Assembly: GCF_003072485.1 (NCBI RefSeq)
Contig: NZ_CP025989.1
Coordinates: 270,001 to 302,000 of the forward strand
Direction: 5' to 3'
From: Candidatus Fokinia solitaria
GTDB lineage: Bacteria > Pseudomonadota > Alphaproteobacteria > Rickettsiales > Midichloriaceae
Length of the DNA: 32,000 bases
The stretch's first letter is position 1, and the number at the start of each line of letters is the position of its first letter. This document shows, in pieces, positions 20,637 to 29,925 of the stretch. The position numbers and the translations under genes were made by a program. A model generated the notes under the pieces. It ran no database searches, was not told the origin of the DNA, and was given only the letters and a program-made list of their open reading frames with translations.

Positions 20637-23110
20637 ATTGTTATGTGATTAGTTTGAAAAATTTCATTATTGATTTCCTTTGGTTTATTGTCATCGATGA
20701 CTAATTGTTCAACGCATAGCACGTTTGTTAAATCATCTATCAGCGATTTTGAAAATGCTATACTGGTATGCAGAATAATTTTTTGCATCATTTTATTCAT
20801 TGCGATCTTACGTTCTGATCTAAATTTTCTCACAATGCTTATTACGTTTAGCGATTCGGAGATTGCAGTATTATCGTTTACTATTTCTTTCATCTCTGCA
20901 ATGTGTTTAGGAAAAGCATCGTGAGAATGTACTGATGATAATGATAAATCATGATTTAATGTGTTACTCTTCTCTTTTGCTGTTCTCAGTATTATTTTTT
21001 GAAATATTTCTTCTGCGATATATGGTGTGATTGGCGCGATCAATTTCACTATAATAGATATCGCATAGTACATTGTGAGAGCTGCACTATTACCAGCTTT
21101 TGCGCTATGATGCAAATAAACGCGATTCTTGACGATTTCGATGTAATAATCACAAAATGTTTTCCAAAAGAAGTTTAATATCTCTCGCATTGCGTGACAG
21201 TAATCAAAATTATTATAGTGCTGAAAGACACTCTTTGTTAAAGAGAGTAATTCATTTAAAAGCCATATATCATATGTTTCTTCGATCTCACCAAGATGAA
21301 GTGAATTTTCGATAGTTGAAGGAGAAGCTGTCATACGTTCTAAGTGTTGAGCGCAAAATCTACTTGCATTAAAAAGCTTTGTAAGAAAGCGTTTTGCATC
21401 TTTGATAATATCATCAGAATACGCTATATCTGTACCGAGTGGCGCTGTAGCTGCCCAATATCGTATCGCATCTGCACCATGCGCTTTGAGTTCAGTCAAT
21501 GGCTCTATAATATTTCCCTTTGATTTACTCATTTTCTCATGATTTTTACCAAGGCACCAGCCGCTGATCATGATGTTATGCCACGGTATGTTATCTTCAT
21601 GAAAGAGAGATTGTGCTATCGTACCGAAAGCCCACGTTCTTATTATCTCATGTGCCTGCGTTCTAAGAGAAAATGGAAATATCGAAGAGTCTGTTTCTTT
21701 GAGAGATGCTACGTTAATTTGAGGAGATAACGTACTTGTAGCCCACGTATCCATTACGTCAGAATCCGATACTACATCATCTTTGGTATAGTCACGAGGC
21801 AGTATTTTAGCTGGATCAAGTGGTAATTGTGTTTCCTCTGCAACTATTACTTTACCTTCTTCACCGACTTTTTTGGAATACCATACAGGAAATGGTATAC
21901 CAAAATATCTTTGTCTAGATATGCACCAGTCTTGATTAAGATTATCGATCCATTGTTCTACTCTTATTCTCATATAATCAGGATGCCAGTTTATCTTATG
22001 TACTTGCGCCATCAATTTATCTTTGTACCGCATTACATTAATATACCACTGTTGCGTTACTATGATTTCTAGTGGTGCGCCCGATCTTTCAGCGCATTTT
22101 ACGTGTTGTACTACTTCCTTGCTATCTTTTAGTACACCTTCTTGCTCGAGTAATTCTACTATTTTTGTTCTCGCGGCTTTTATCTTCATACCATTTAGCA
22201 AGCCAGAATTTTCCATCAATCCATTTTTGGTGATAACATTGGTGCACGTAAATTTATGAATTCGCCACCACTCTACATCTTGCGCGTCTCCGAATGTGCA
22301 ACACATCACAGCGCCTGTACCTTTTTGCATATCTACGCTTATATCTTCGATAATTGGCACTATATGATGAGAAATCGGAACGATACATGATGCGCCGATC
22401 AGTTTTCTATATCTTTGATCTTGTGGATGAATCAGTACTGCTTTGCATGCGTATAACATTTCCGGTCTTGTAGTGGCGATGATGATATCGTCTTGTTTAT
22501 CACTAATCGAAAAAACGAGTTCATACATCCTCCCTATAAACTCTTTATCTTCTATTTCAGCTTGCGATATTGCAGTTTGATCTACATGATCCCAGAATAC
22601 TGGCGCTTCTTTCCTATATATGATCCCCCTATGATATAGCTTCGTAAAAGATAATTGTGACAATCGTTGGACTTTTTCGGAAATTGTATTGTATTGAAGA
22701 GTCCAGTCATACGTAAAGCCTGCGATGCTTAATAAAGTTCGAAATTGCTCATGGAATTTCACTATTCTTTCCGAGCATTTTTGTATAAAGTCCGCTTTAT
22801 CAATGCGGTGCGCTACGATATTGTACTCTTTTTCTATCAATCTTTCCGTTGGTAAACCGTTATCGTCGAAGCCTGGTGAGTAGAATACGTTGTATCCGCA
22901 CATTCGCTTAAATCTTGCGATAAAATCGGTGTGAGAATAGCTAAATAAGTGTCCTATGTGCATATTGCCAGATACAGTAGGAGGTGGCGAATCTATCGAG
23001 AATACTTCTCTTTTGCATGCTGTTTGCCATTGATATAACTTGCTTGAATCCCAGAAGAGTCTGATTCTCGATTCAATGTCATCGTGATTATATTTTGTAA
23101 ATTCGTACAT
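20621..23110 (-). CDS. valS: Valine--tRNA ligase
   Basis: It has the HIGH region SPPPTVSGNMHIGHLFSY, the editing-domain motif CCTFGDAQDVEWW and the KMSKS region KMSKSKGN. The protein is 829 aa with no long C-terminal coiled coil. Its 3' end overlaps the nuoM start by 16 nt. Confidence 0.93.
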   Translation of the reverse strand: MYEFTKYNHDDIESRIRLFWDSSKLYQWQTACKREVFSIDSPPPTVSGNMHIGHLFSYSHTDFIARFKRMCGYNVFYSPGFDDNGLPTERLIEKEYNIVAHRIDKADFIQKCSERIVKFHEQFRTLLSIAGFTYDWTLQYNTISEKVQRLSQLSFTKLYHRGIIYRKEAPVFWDHVDQTAISQAEIEDKEFIGRMYELVFSISDKQDDIIIATTRPEMLYACKAVLIHPQDQRYRKLIGASCIVPISHHIVPIIEDISVDMQKGTGAVMCCTFGDAQDVEWWRIHKFTCTNVITKNGLMENSGLLNGMKIKAARTKIVELLEQEGVLKDSKEVVQHVKCAERSGAPLEIIVTQQWYINVMRYKDKLMAQVHKINWHPDYMRIRVEQWIDNLNQDWCISRQRYFGIPFPVWYSKKVGEEGKVIVAEETQLPLDPAKILPRDYTKDDVVSDSDVMDTWATSTLSPQINVASLKETDSSIFPFSLRTQAHEIIRTWAFGTIAQSLFHEDNIPWHNIMISGWCLGKNHEKMSKSKGNIIEPLTELKAHGADAIRYWAATAPLGTDIAYSDDIIKDAKRFLTKLFNASRFCAQHLERMTASPSTIENSLHLGEIEETYDIWLLNELLSLTKSVFQHYNNFDYCHAMREILNFFWKTFCDYYIEIVKNRVYLHHSAKAGNSAALTMYYAISIIVKLIAPITPYIAEEIFQKIILRTAKEKSNTLNHDLSLSSVHSHDAFPKHIAEMKEIVNDNTAISESLNVISIVRKFRSERKIAMNKMMQKIILHTSIAFSKSLIDDLTNVLCVEQLVIDDNKPKEINNEIFQTNHITICIFQ

Positions 23111-23195
23111 TTTAAAGTGAAGAAAATGCTTGGAAACTTCAAATATTTACACTACCCTCCGTACTAGGTATGTGTGTATACGTGATCTTACTACG

Positions 23196-23846
23196 ATGAA
23201 AAGATATTCTTTGCAATTACTTCCTTATCTTTACAATGCATTAGAGCCTAGCATTTCAAAGAGTACTTTGGAGTTTCACTATGATAAGCATCATCGTGGT
23301 TATCTTGATAATATAAATAAAATAGCTGAAGAATATAATTTAGAGCATGAAGGAGGGATAGAAAGTCTTTTTGTACATGCTGATTCAAAATTAAAAGGAG
23401 GGACTAAGGATCCAGCACTGTGGAATTCAGTATTTAACAATGCAGGACAAGTTTTAAATCATGACTTTTTTTGGAACTCAATATGCGCGCGAGAGGATTC
23501 TATTTCAAGCGCTGAAAATATTGATAATAAGCTGGTAACTGCAATTGAAACGGCATTTGGTTCAATCGATCAATTTAAACAGGATTTCGTCAAAGTTGGA
23601 GTAAGTCAGTTTGGTAGTGGATGGATATGGTTAGTATGGTTACCGCGTGAAAGAAAATTGCAAATAGTGAAAACAGCAAATGCAAATTCTCCATTGCTTG
23701 ATGGTATGGTGCCTCTCATGGTATGCGACGTATGGGAGCATGCATATTATTTAGACTATCAAAATAGAAGAGCGGATTTTCTCAAAAAAGTTGTTGAAAA
23801 TCATTTGAATTGGAAATTTGTATCAAGTCGTTTTAACTCGTTATAG
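23196..23846 (+). CDS. sodB: Fe/Mn-family superoxide dismutase (Fe-type features)
   Basis: Motifs are LPYLYNALEPSISKSTLEFHYDKHH, FNNAGQVLNHDFFW (Gln position typical of Fe-SOD) and DVWEHAYYLDYQNRR. The ATG at 23196 is preferred over the TTG at 23130. Confidence 0.9.
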   Translation: MKRYSLQLLPYLYNALEPSISKSTLEFHYDKHHRGYLDNINKIAEEYNLEHEGGIESLFVHADSKLKGGTKDPALWNSVFNNAGQVLNHDFFWNSICAREDSISSAENIDNKLVTAIETAFGSIDQFKQDFVKVGVSQFGSGWIWLVWLPRERKLQIVKTANANSPLLDGMVPLMVCDVWEHAYYLDYQNRRADFLKKVVENHLNWKFVSSRFNSL

Positions 23847-23849
23847 TGA

Positions 23850-24167
23850 TTGTCTGTGGTTTCTATATTGCATCTCTTCCTTCTTTCTTTCTTCGTTCTT
23901 ACACTTGGTATCCTTTGTATGGTGCTAAAGAGAAGAAATGTGATGCACCTTTTTATAGGCATAGAAATAATGCTACTTGCGCTGAATATAATCTTTGTAA
24001 GTGTAGGTGTTTTTTTTAATGATATATTAGGGCAGATCATAGGTATCATCCTTATATGTGTTGGCGCTGCAGAAGTTGCTGTTGGATTGTCAATTTTAGT
24101 GGCTTATGTAAATGTGAAAAAGTCCACTCATTTAATGTCAGATGAGCTTGATAAATTACGTGATTAA
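23850..24167 (+). CDS. nuoK: NADH-quinone oxidoreductase subunit K
   Basis: It is 105 aa with three hydrophobic helices and the motifs RRNVMHLFIGIEIMLLALN and AAEVAVGLSILV, typical of NuoK/ND4L. No ATG is available, so the start is the TTG at 23850 or the GTG at 23856. It lies 3 nt after the sodB stop. Confidence 0.88.
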   Translation: MSVVSILHLFLLSFFVLTLGILCMVLKRRNVMHLFIGIEIMLLALNIIFVSVGVFFNDILGQIIGIILICVGAAEVAVGLSILVAYVNVKKSTHLMSDELDKLRD

Positions 24168-24169
24168 AG

Positions 24170-25417
24170 ATGAGAGTAGAGTTTATTATTGCTAGAAGAT
24201 TTGCTTTTAGTAAGCAGAATAGAGCTTTTATGCATGTAATTAATGGCTTCGCTATTGCTGGTATAGCAATCGGTGTTGCTACTTTGATAATAGTAACGTC
24301 CGTGATGTATGGCTACAAATCATATATTGTGAAAAAGATGCTTGGAGTGCAAAGTCATCTCCTCATTTATCCATACGATGGTACTATGCTTCGTGATGAA
24401 TGTGATGTGAAAAAAGTGAAGAGTATAAAGGGCGTAGAACATGTATCATGCGTCGTACAGGGACAAGCTATGGTGACTTATAATAAGAATATTGACGGAG
24501 TGTTGATAAAAGGCGTAGATAGTGAAGCGCTGGAGTATTGCTTTAAAGAAGGAAACTTTATTCGTGGCAGCATTGTAGAACGTAAAAATGATAATACTGG
24601 CGCCTTTTTTGTTGTTGGTGATGGTATTATGAGAAATGCATTACGTGATGGTACATTAAGAATAAAACTCACAATACCTCAATTTGTAGAAACGTTTTTA
24701 GGAATCATACCGAGAAGTAAAAGCTATCAGATAAACGATTATTTTGATTCAGGAATGATGGATTACAATAATAGTATGATCTTCATGAATATAGAGGATT
24801 GCAGGAAGCTATTTGGTTATTCAGAAAAAGTAATAACTGGCATTGAAATTATGGTACGAGATCCGCTTGATATATCAAATATTAAAGCTGAGTTAGAAGC
24901 GTTTTTTAAAGATAAATACGCTGTTCTCGACTGGAAAAAGAGGAATGGTCATTTGATAGTTGCTTTAGACGCTGAGAGAACAACTATGTATATAATACTG
25001 TCTATCATCGTTATTGTTGCGACTTTTAATATATTTTCCGGCCTCATGGTGATGGTGCAAGATAAAAGAAGAGAAATTGCTATATTAAGAACGATCGGAA
25101 TGTCAAAATTTTCCGTGATGTCCATATTTCTTTTATGTAGCATTTACATAGGAATGAGTGGCACGGTGCTTGGTGTGATCTTCGGTTGCATATTTGCTAA
25201 AAATCTGCATTTTATCAGAGCTATTGTAGAAGAGTTATTTGACATGACTTTGTTTGATCCTAAAATTTATGTTTTAACGGAACTTCCAGTAGAGTTATCA
25301 CTGTCAAGTATTGCGTCTATAGCTCTTTTTTCAATAGTCTGTTCTCTATTCGCATCTCTTTATCCTTCACTCAGTATTGCAAAAATATCTCCCTCTACTG
25401 TGCTGAAAGATGGATAA
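24170..25417 (+). CDS. Lipoprotein-releasing system permease, LolC/LolE family (FtsX-type)
   Basis: The N-terminus IARRFAFSK...INGFAIAGIAIGVATLIIV is followed by a ~220-aa periplasmic MacB-like domain and a C-terminal FtsX module (REIAILRTIGMSK...). The protein is 415 aa. No lolD-like ATPase gene is adjacent. Confidence 0.85.
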   Translation: MRVEFIIARRFAFSKQNRAFMHVINGFAIAGIAIGVATLIIVTSVMYGYKSYIVKKMLGVQSHLLIYPYDGTMLRDECDVKKVKSIKGVEHVSCVVQGQAMVTYNKNIDGVLIKGVDSEALEYCFKEGNFIRGSIVERKNDNTGAFFVVGDGIMRNALRDGTLRIKLTIPQFVETFLGIIPRSKSYQINDYFDSGMMDYNNSMIFMNIEDCRKLFGYSEKVITGIEIMVRDPLDISNIKAELEAFFKDKYAVLDWKKRNGHLIVALDAERTTMYIILSIIVIVATFNIFSGLMVMVQDKRREIAILRTIGMSKFSVMSIFLLCSIYIGMSGTVLGVIFGCIFAKNLHFIRAIVEELFDMTLFDPKIYVLTELPVELSLSSIASIALFSIVCSLFASLYPSLSIAKISPSTVLKDG

Positions 25418-25511
25418 AATGCTTACTATAGTATCGTATAATTGACAAATTACCGCTATAAGTCTACTCTGAGAGTGATTATGACATTGCTGATTTTTTT
25501 ACAATTTCTGA

Positions 25512-28046
25512 ATGACGAAGAAATATGATGCCTCGTCCATCCAAGTTTTGGAAGGACTGGACGCCGTTAAAAAAAGACCAGGAATGTATATTGGAGATGT
25601 AAGCTCTTCATTAGGGCTACACAATATGTTAAATGAAGTTCTGGATAATGCAGTTGATGAGTGTATTGCTGGATACGCAAAAAATATCTCAATCTCTTTG
25701 AATAGTGATGGTTCAGCGAGTGTAGAGGATGATGGTAGAGGAATACCCGTAGATGTATACGAAGGAGAGGGAGTTTCTGCAGCTGAGGTTATAATGACAA
25801 AATTGCATGCTGGTGGAAAGTTTGACAGCGATGCATACAAAATGTCCGGTGGTCTTCATGGAGTTGGAGTATCTGTGGTAAATGCATTATCAGAGTGGCT
25901 TTTATTAACTGTATGGAGAGATAATGAGTATGAGATTCTCTTTGAAGAAGGTAGAACGGTAAGCCCTCTAAAAGTAAATGCTACAAATGTTAAGAAATGC
26001 GGTACTAGAGTGACTTTTCTTCCTTCTAGAGGAGTTTTCGCAGTAGTAGAATTTGATTATAATTATATAGAGCAAAGAATAAGAGAGCTTGCTTTCCTTA
26101 ATCCAAGTGCTTCTTTTATAATAAGAGACTATAGAAAAGATGAGCCATTTGAGAAGACTTTCTGCTTTGCAGGAGGCGTGAAGGAATTTGTCGCTTATTT
26201 GGATAGAGCGAAAAATAAGCTACACGATATAATCGACATTCAGGGGCAAAGTGATGATGTAATAGTAAATGTAAGCCTCGCATGGAATGATGGCTATGCA
26301 GAAAATGTGATGTGCTTCACAAATAATATAAGGCAAAGAGATGGAGGAACTCATCTTGCAGGCTTTAGAAGTGCTATTACAAGAGCTGTAACTGCATATG
26401 TTAATACAGTGAAGCATAAAAAATACGAAAAATTGGAAGTATCACCGGATGATATAAGAGAAGGACTGACAGCTGTATTATCCATAAAAGTTCATGAGCC
26501 GATATTTTCATCTCAGACAAAGGAAAAATTAGCAAGCGGTAACGTAAAAAGCGCCGTAGAGCAGGTTGTGTTTTCTAATATTGAAAGATGGTTTGAGCAG
26601 AATCCGAATTCTGCAAAAGCTATTGCGAATAAGATATTAGATTCTGCTATAGCAAGAGAAGCAGCGAGAAAAGCACGAGATTTAAGTAGGAAAAAGCCTG
26701 GATTTGAAATATCTGTTCTTGCGGGGAGGTTGGCTAGCTGTCAAGAAAAGGATCCTTCGTTATGCGAGTTATTTATAGTTGAGGGAGAATCTGCAGGTGG
26801 TTCAGCGAAGCAAGGGCGCGATAGAGCTACACAAGCTGTACTGCCATTGAGAGGAAAAGTTCTTAATGTAGAGAGAGCGAGAATAGATAAAGTATTATCT
26901 CATTCGGAAATTGGTACTCTTGTAAGTGCGCTTGGTACCGGAATAGGGAGAGATATTTTAGATGTATCAAAATTAAGATATCATAAGATAATACTGATGA
27001 CAGATGCTGATGTAGATGGCGCGCACATTAGAACTCTACTCATTACGTTCTTTTTCAGATATATGTACTCTATTATAGAAGAAGGGCATCTATACATCGC
27101 AGAGCCTCCGTTGTATAAAGTACGAAAAGGGCAAAGTGAGAAGTACATCAAAGATGAACGTGAGTTAAAAGTATTTTTGATGTCCATAGTATCAGATGAT
27201 GTATTTGCAATTCTAAAAGGAGAAGTATCACGAGGATATATTTTAGAGAGATTGGAAGCTATTAGCAGTTTTTCAGAGTATATTAATCACAGAGAAAATG
27301 TTTTATATAAGAGATTAGCTGAAATTTGCATATTTACAGATGATTTCCTTAATGAAGATCATGAAATGTCTAGTGCGGATTTTAATATCTCAGTAGCGCA
27401 AAAAATAGTGAAATTATGGCCTCACGGATGGGGACTCCTTAAAGATACTGGTAAAGTGCAAGTTCAAAAATCCGAAAATACAAGAGAATCTGATGCTGCT
27501 GATGAGTCTGGTGAAGAGCACGAAAAAGTGGAAAGTTTTTTCTCAGATAGTGTCAGTGAAGGCACTAAAACAGTAATAAATTGGAGTATTTCTGAAGAAT
27601 CTAAAAAGATAAAGTTTTCATTAGAAGAGGAGAATAGTACTTCAGTGTGTGAGATTGATTTCGCAGCTCTAAAAAAAGATATAAAAAGTTCCACAATACG
27701 GAGTGTTTTAGAATTTTATTCAGCTATAAATTTTAAAATAAGCAATACTCTTACGATAAAAGGCAATACGATTAAATTTATTTTACCATCAGCTTTATTT
27801 TCTTACCTCTTAGATACCGCGAGAAAAGGTATGTATATCCAGCGATTTAAAGGATTAGGAGAAATGAATCCAGAACAGTTATGGGAAACAACTCTTGATC
27901 CGAAAAATAGAATTTTGAAGCGGATTACTGTAGATGATTTTGTGCAGGCTGATCAAACATTTTCAATGCTTATGGGAGATGTAGTTGGTCCTAGAAGAGA
28001 GTTCATAGAGCAGGATGCATTAAATGTTAAAGAGTTGGATGTGTAG
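25512..28046 (+). CDS. gyrB: DNA gyrase subunit B
   Basis: GHKL ATPase motifs are LHNMLNEVLDNAVDE and GGLHGVGVSVVNALS. Toprim motifs are ELFIVEGESAGGSAKQGRDR, PLRGKVLNVE and IMTDADVDGAHIRTLL. The C-terminal motif is QRFKGLGEMNPEQLWETT. The proteobacterial-type insertion lies between Toprim and the tail. Confidence 0.98.
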   Translation: MTKKYDASSIQVLEGLDAVKKRPGMYIGDVSSSLGLHNMLNEVLDNAVDECIAGYAKNISISLNSDGSASVEDDGRGIPVDVYEGEGVSAAEVIMTKLHAGGKFDSDAYKMSGGLHGVGVSVVNALSEWLLLTVWRDNEYEILFEEGRTVSPLKVNATNVKKCGTRVTFLPSRGVFAVVEFDYNYIEQRIRELAFLNPSASFIIRDYRKDEPFEKTFCFAGGVKEFVAYLDRAKNKLHDIIDIQGQSDDVIVNVSLAWNDGYAENVMCFTNNIRQRDGGTHLAGFRSAITRAVTAYVNTVKHKKYEKLEVSPDDIREGLTAVLSIKVHEPIFSSQTKEKLASGNVKSAVEQVVFSNIERWFEQNPNSAKAIANKILDSAIAREAARKARDLSRKKPGFEISVLAGRLASCQEKDPSLCELFIVEGESAGGSAKQGRDRATQAVLPLRGKVLNVERARIDKVLSHSEIGTLVSALGTGIGRDILDVSKLRYHKIILMTDADVDGAHIRTLLITFFFRYMYSIIEEGHLYIAEPPLYKVRKGQSEKYIKDERELKVFLMSIVSDDVFAILKGEVSRGYILERLEAISSFSEYINHRENVLYKRLAEICIFTDDFLNEDHEMSSADFNISVAQKIVKLWPHGWGLLKDTGKVQVQKSENTRESDAADESGEEHEKVESFFSDSVSEGTKTVINWSISEESKKIKFSLEEENSTSVCEIDFAALKKDIKSSTIRSVLEFYSAINFKISNTLTIKGNTIKFILPSALFSYLLDTARKGMYIQRFKGLGEMNPEQLWETTLDPKNRILKRITVDDFVQADQTFSMLMGDVVGPRREFIEQDALNVKELDV

Positions 28047-28062
28047 AAAATTATGAAATGCG

Positions 28063-29196
28063 ATGAAATATGACTTTTCTACTCTAAATAAGCGCGTATC
28101 CGATATTGCTATTCAAGAATCACTACGTAGTGATGCGTCCGTGAGTATCACATATCGGAATTATGAAGGTGGTCGAAATATACTCATAATGCTTATATAT
28201 CTTAGTCCTAATGTCAGCATTACAGAGCATGAAAAAGAAAGTTTGAAATTAAAATGTACTAATGTGCTGCGTAATTATGACGAATGCAGTGCAGATATGA
28301 GGCTTTTATTGCATTCTGTAGAAATAAAGTGCGTTGTGATTCAGCAATTTGAGAAAAATGTAGAATCACCGCGTATATTGCCGAATATGCAGCATAAAAA
28401 AGAGAAGAAGCGCATTGAGAATGTGAAAAATATCATAGTAGTAATGTCTGGAAAGGGAGGTGTAGGAAAATCATCTGTTACCGTCGGCATTGCTTTAAGT
28501 TTGAGAGCGCAGGGCTTTAAAGTAGGAATAGCGGATTTGGATGTATATGGATCATCGATTCCTAAATTTTTAGAAGTACGGGGATATACAATTATGGAAA
28601 ATGGCATTTTCATACCTCCTATAGCGGAAGGAATACCGATAATGTCAGCAGATTTTCTCGTACCGGAAGATAGCGGTAAGGTATTTTCTTGGAGAGGGCC
28701 GATGATTACGAAGATGATGGATACTATCTTATCATTATCGAGATGGAAAAAAGAAAATGTCTTTACTGATAGCGATCTAGATTATCTTATAATAGATACT
28801 CCGCCAGGAACGGGAGATATACATCTTTCGCTTTTAGAGAAATACGATTTACTTGCGCATAACGTACGTATAGTGCTTGTCTCAAATGAAAGTATGATAG
28901 GATTATCAAATACTATAAAGTCATATGAATTATCAAAAAAGTTTGGATTAACTCTTTTCGGTATTATCTGTAACATGAAGTTAGAGAAGAAAGATATTGT
29001 TCATCAATATATAAAAAATTTTGACGATATTAATTACTTAGGTAGTATATCGTTCTATGTAGATCTTGTAAGTGATGCATGTTTGTTTTACAAAAACGCA
29101 ATGCTTATCTCGAACAATGAAGAAAATAGTATCCATTTTAGAGGCGAATACGAAGTAATAGTACGTAATCTCTTGGCTTTACGATGCTTTTCATAG
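28063..29196 (+). CDS. Mrp/NBP35/ApbC-family P-loop ATPase (divergent)
   Basis: It has the deviant Walker A motif VMSGKGGVGKSS and IIDTPPGTGD. The N-terminal ~110 aa are poorly conserved. The region where ApbC/Mrp normally carries CxxC reads ICNMKLEKKDIVHQ. Confidence 0.82.
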   Translation: MKYDFSTLNKRVSDIAIQESLRSDASVSITYRNYEGGRNILIMLIYLSPNVSITEHEKESLKLKCTNVLRNYDECSADMRLLLHSVEIKCVVIQQFEKNVESPRILPNMQHKKEKKRIENVKNIIVVMSGKGGVGKSSVTVGIALSLRAQGFKVGIADLDVYGSSIPKFLEVRGYTIMENGIFIPPIAEGIPIMSADFLVPEDSGKVFSWRGPMITKMMDTILSLSRWKKENVFTDSDLDYLIIDTPPGTGDIHLSLLEKYDLLAHNVRIVLVSNESMIGLSNTIKSYELSKKFGLTLFGIICNMKLEKKDIVHQYIKNFDDINYLGSISFYVDLVSDACLFYKNAMLISNNEENSIHFRGEYEVIVRNLLALRCFS

Positions 29197-29906
29197 ATAC
29201 TACGTCCGGTACTACGTCCGTTGCAGTGATGACGGAGAATAGAGAGATCTTTTCTTATTATGATGGAGAAAAGAATATGCAGGTGGAAAGAATTGCAAAG
29301 ATTACAATTACTGCTCTGGAAAAAGCGTCACTCTCTCTAAGTAAAGTGAAGTACATTGGATGTAACGTTGGCCCTGGTAGTTTTAATAGCGTAAGAATAG
29401 GCGTGTCATACGCTAATGGTATTTTGTGTACGGAAAGTCGTATTCTTCCAATACAGTTGAATAGCTATCAACTGTGCTTGTATTTCATATATAAAAGAGT
29501 GGTAAAAGATATCAAGCAGCCTCCTTTTTTTATTGGCATTCAGACAGAGAAAAATAAGGTTATTATGCTGCTAGAGCCGATAATGCCGTCGCAGTTAATA
29601 GCAAATTTGCATTATTATCTAAATGCTTTCGGTGCAATTACTGAGATTTCTATGGATGATTTTATTGCAGAAGATGTAATTTCATCATCTAGCGTAGCAG
29701 TACTTTCGAATGATGAGCTAGATACCTGTTTATGGAGACCATACTATCTATTTGGAGATAAATGTGCTAATATAACACCATCTTCTGCTACGGGGGTAGC
29801 ACTAATGGAGCTTATGGTGTCACAGTATGGCAAAGAGCGTAATGGCAGGTTCTTTACACCTTTTTATGGCTCTCTTCCATCTTCGATGAAAATAAAAGAC
29901 TCTTAG
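29184..29906 (+). CDS. tsaB: tRNA threonylcarbamoyladenosine (t6A) biosynthesis protein TsaB (YeaZ family)
   Basis: Motifs are MLFIDTTSGTTSVAV and CNVGPGSFNSVRIGVSYANG. The C-terminal half is divergent. The gene overlaps the upstream gene by 13 nt. Confidence 0.78.
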   Translation: MLFIDTTSGTTSVAVMTENREIFSYYDGEKNMQVERIAKITITALEKASLSLSKVKYIGCNVGPGSFNSVRIGVSYANGILCTESRILPIQLNSYQLCLYFIYKRVVKDIKQPPFFIGIQTEKNKVIMLLEPIMPSQLIANLHYYLNAFGAITEISMDDFIAEDVISSSSVAVLSNDELDTCLWRPYYLFGDKCANITPSSATGVALMELMVSQYGKERNGRFFTPFYGSLPSSMKIKDS

Positions 29907-29925
29907 AAATTTTTGGTGTCTTGAT

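Noticed and set aside
25499-25840. 113-aa ORF on the minus strand
   Set aside because: It is antisense to the highly conserved N-terminal ATPase domain of gyrB and is a shadow ORF.
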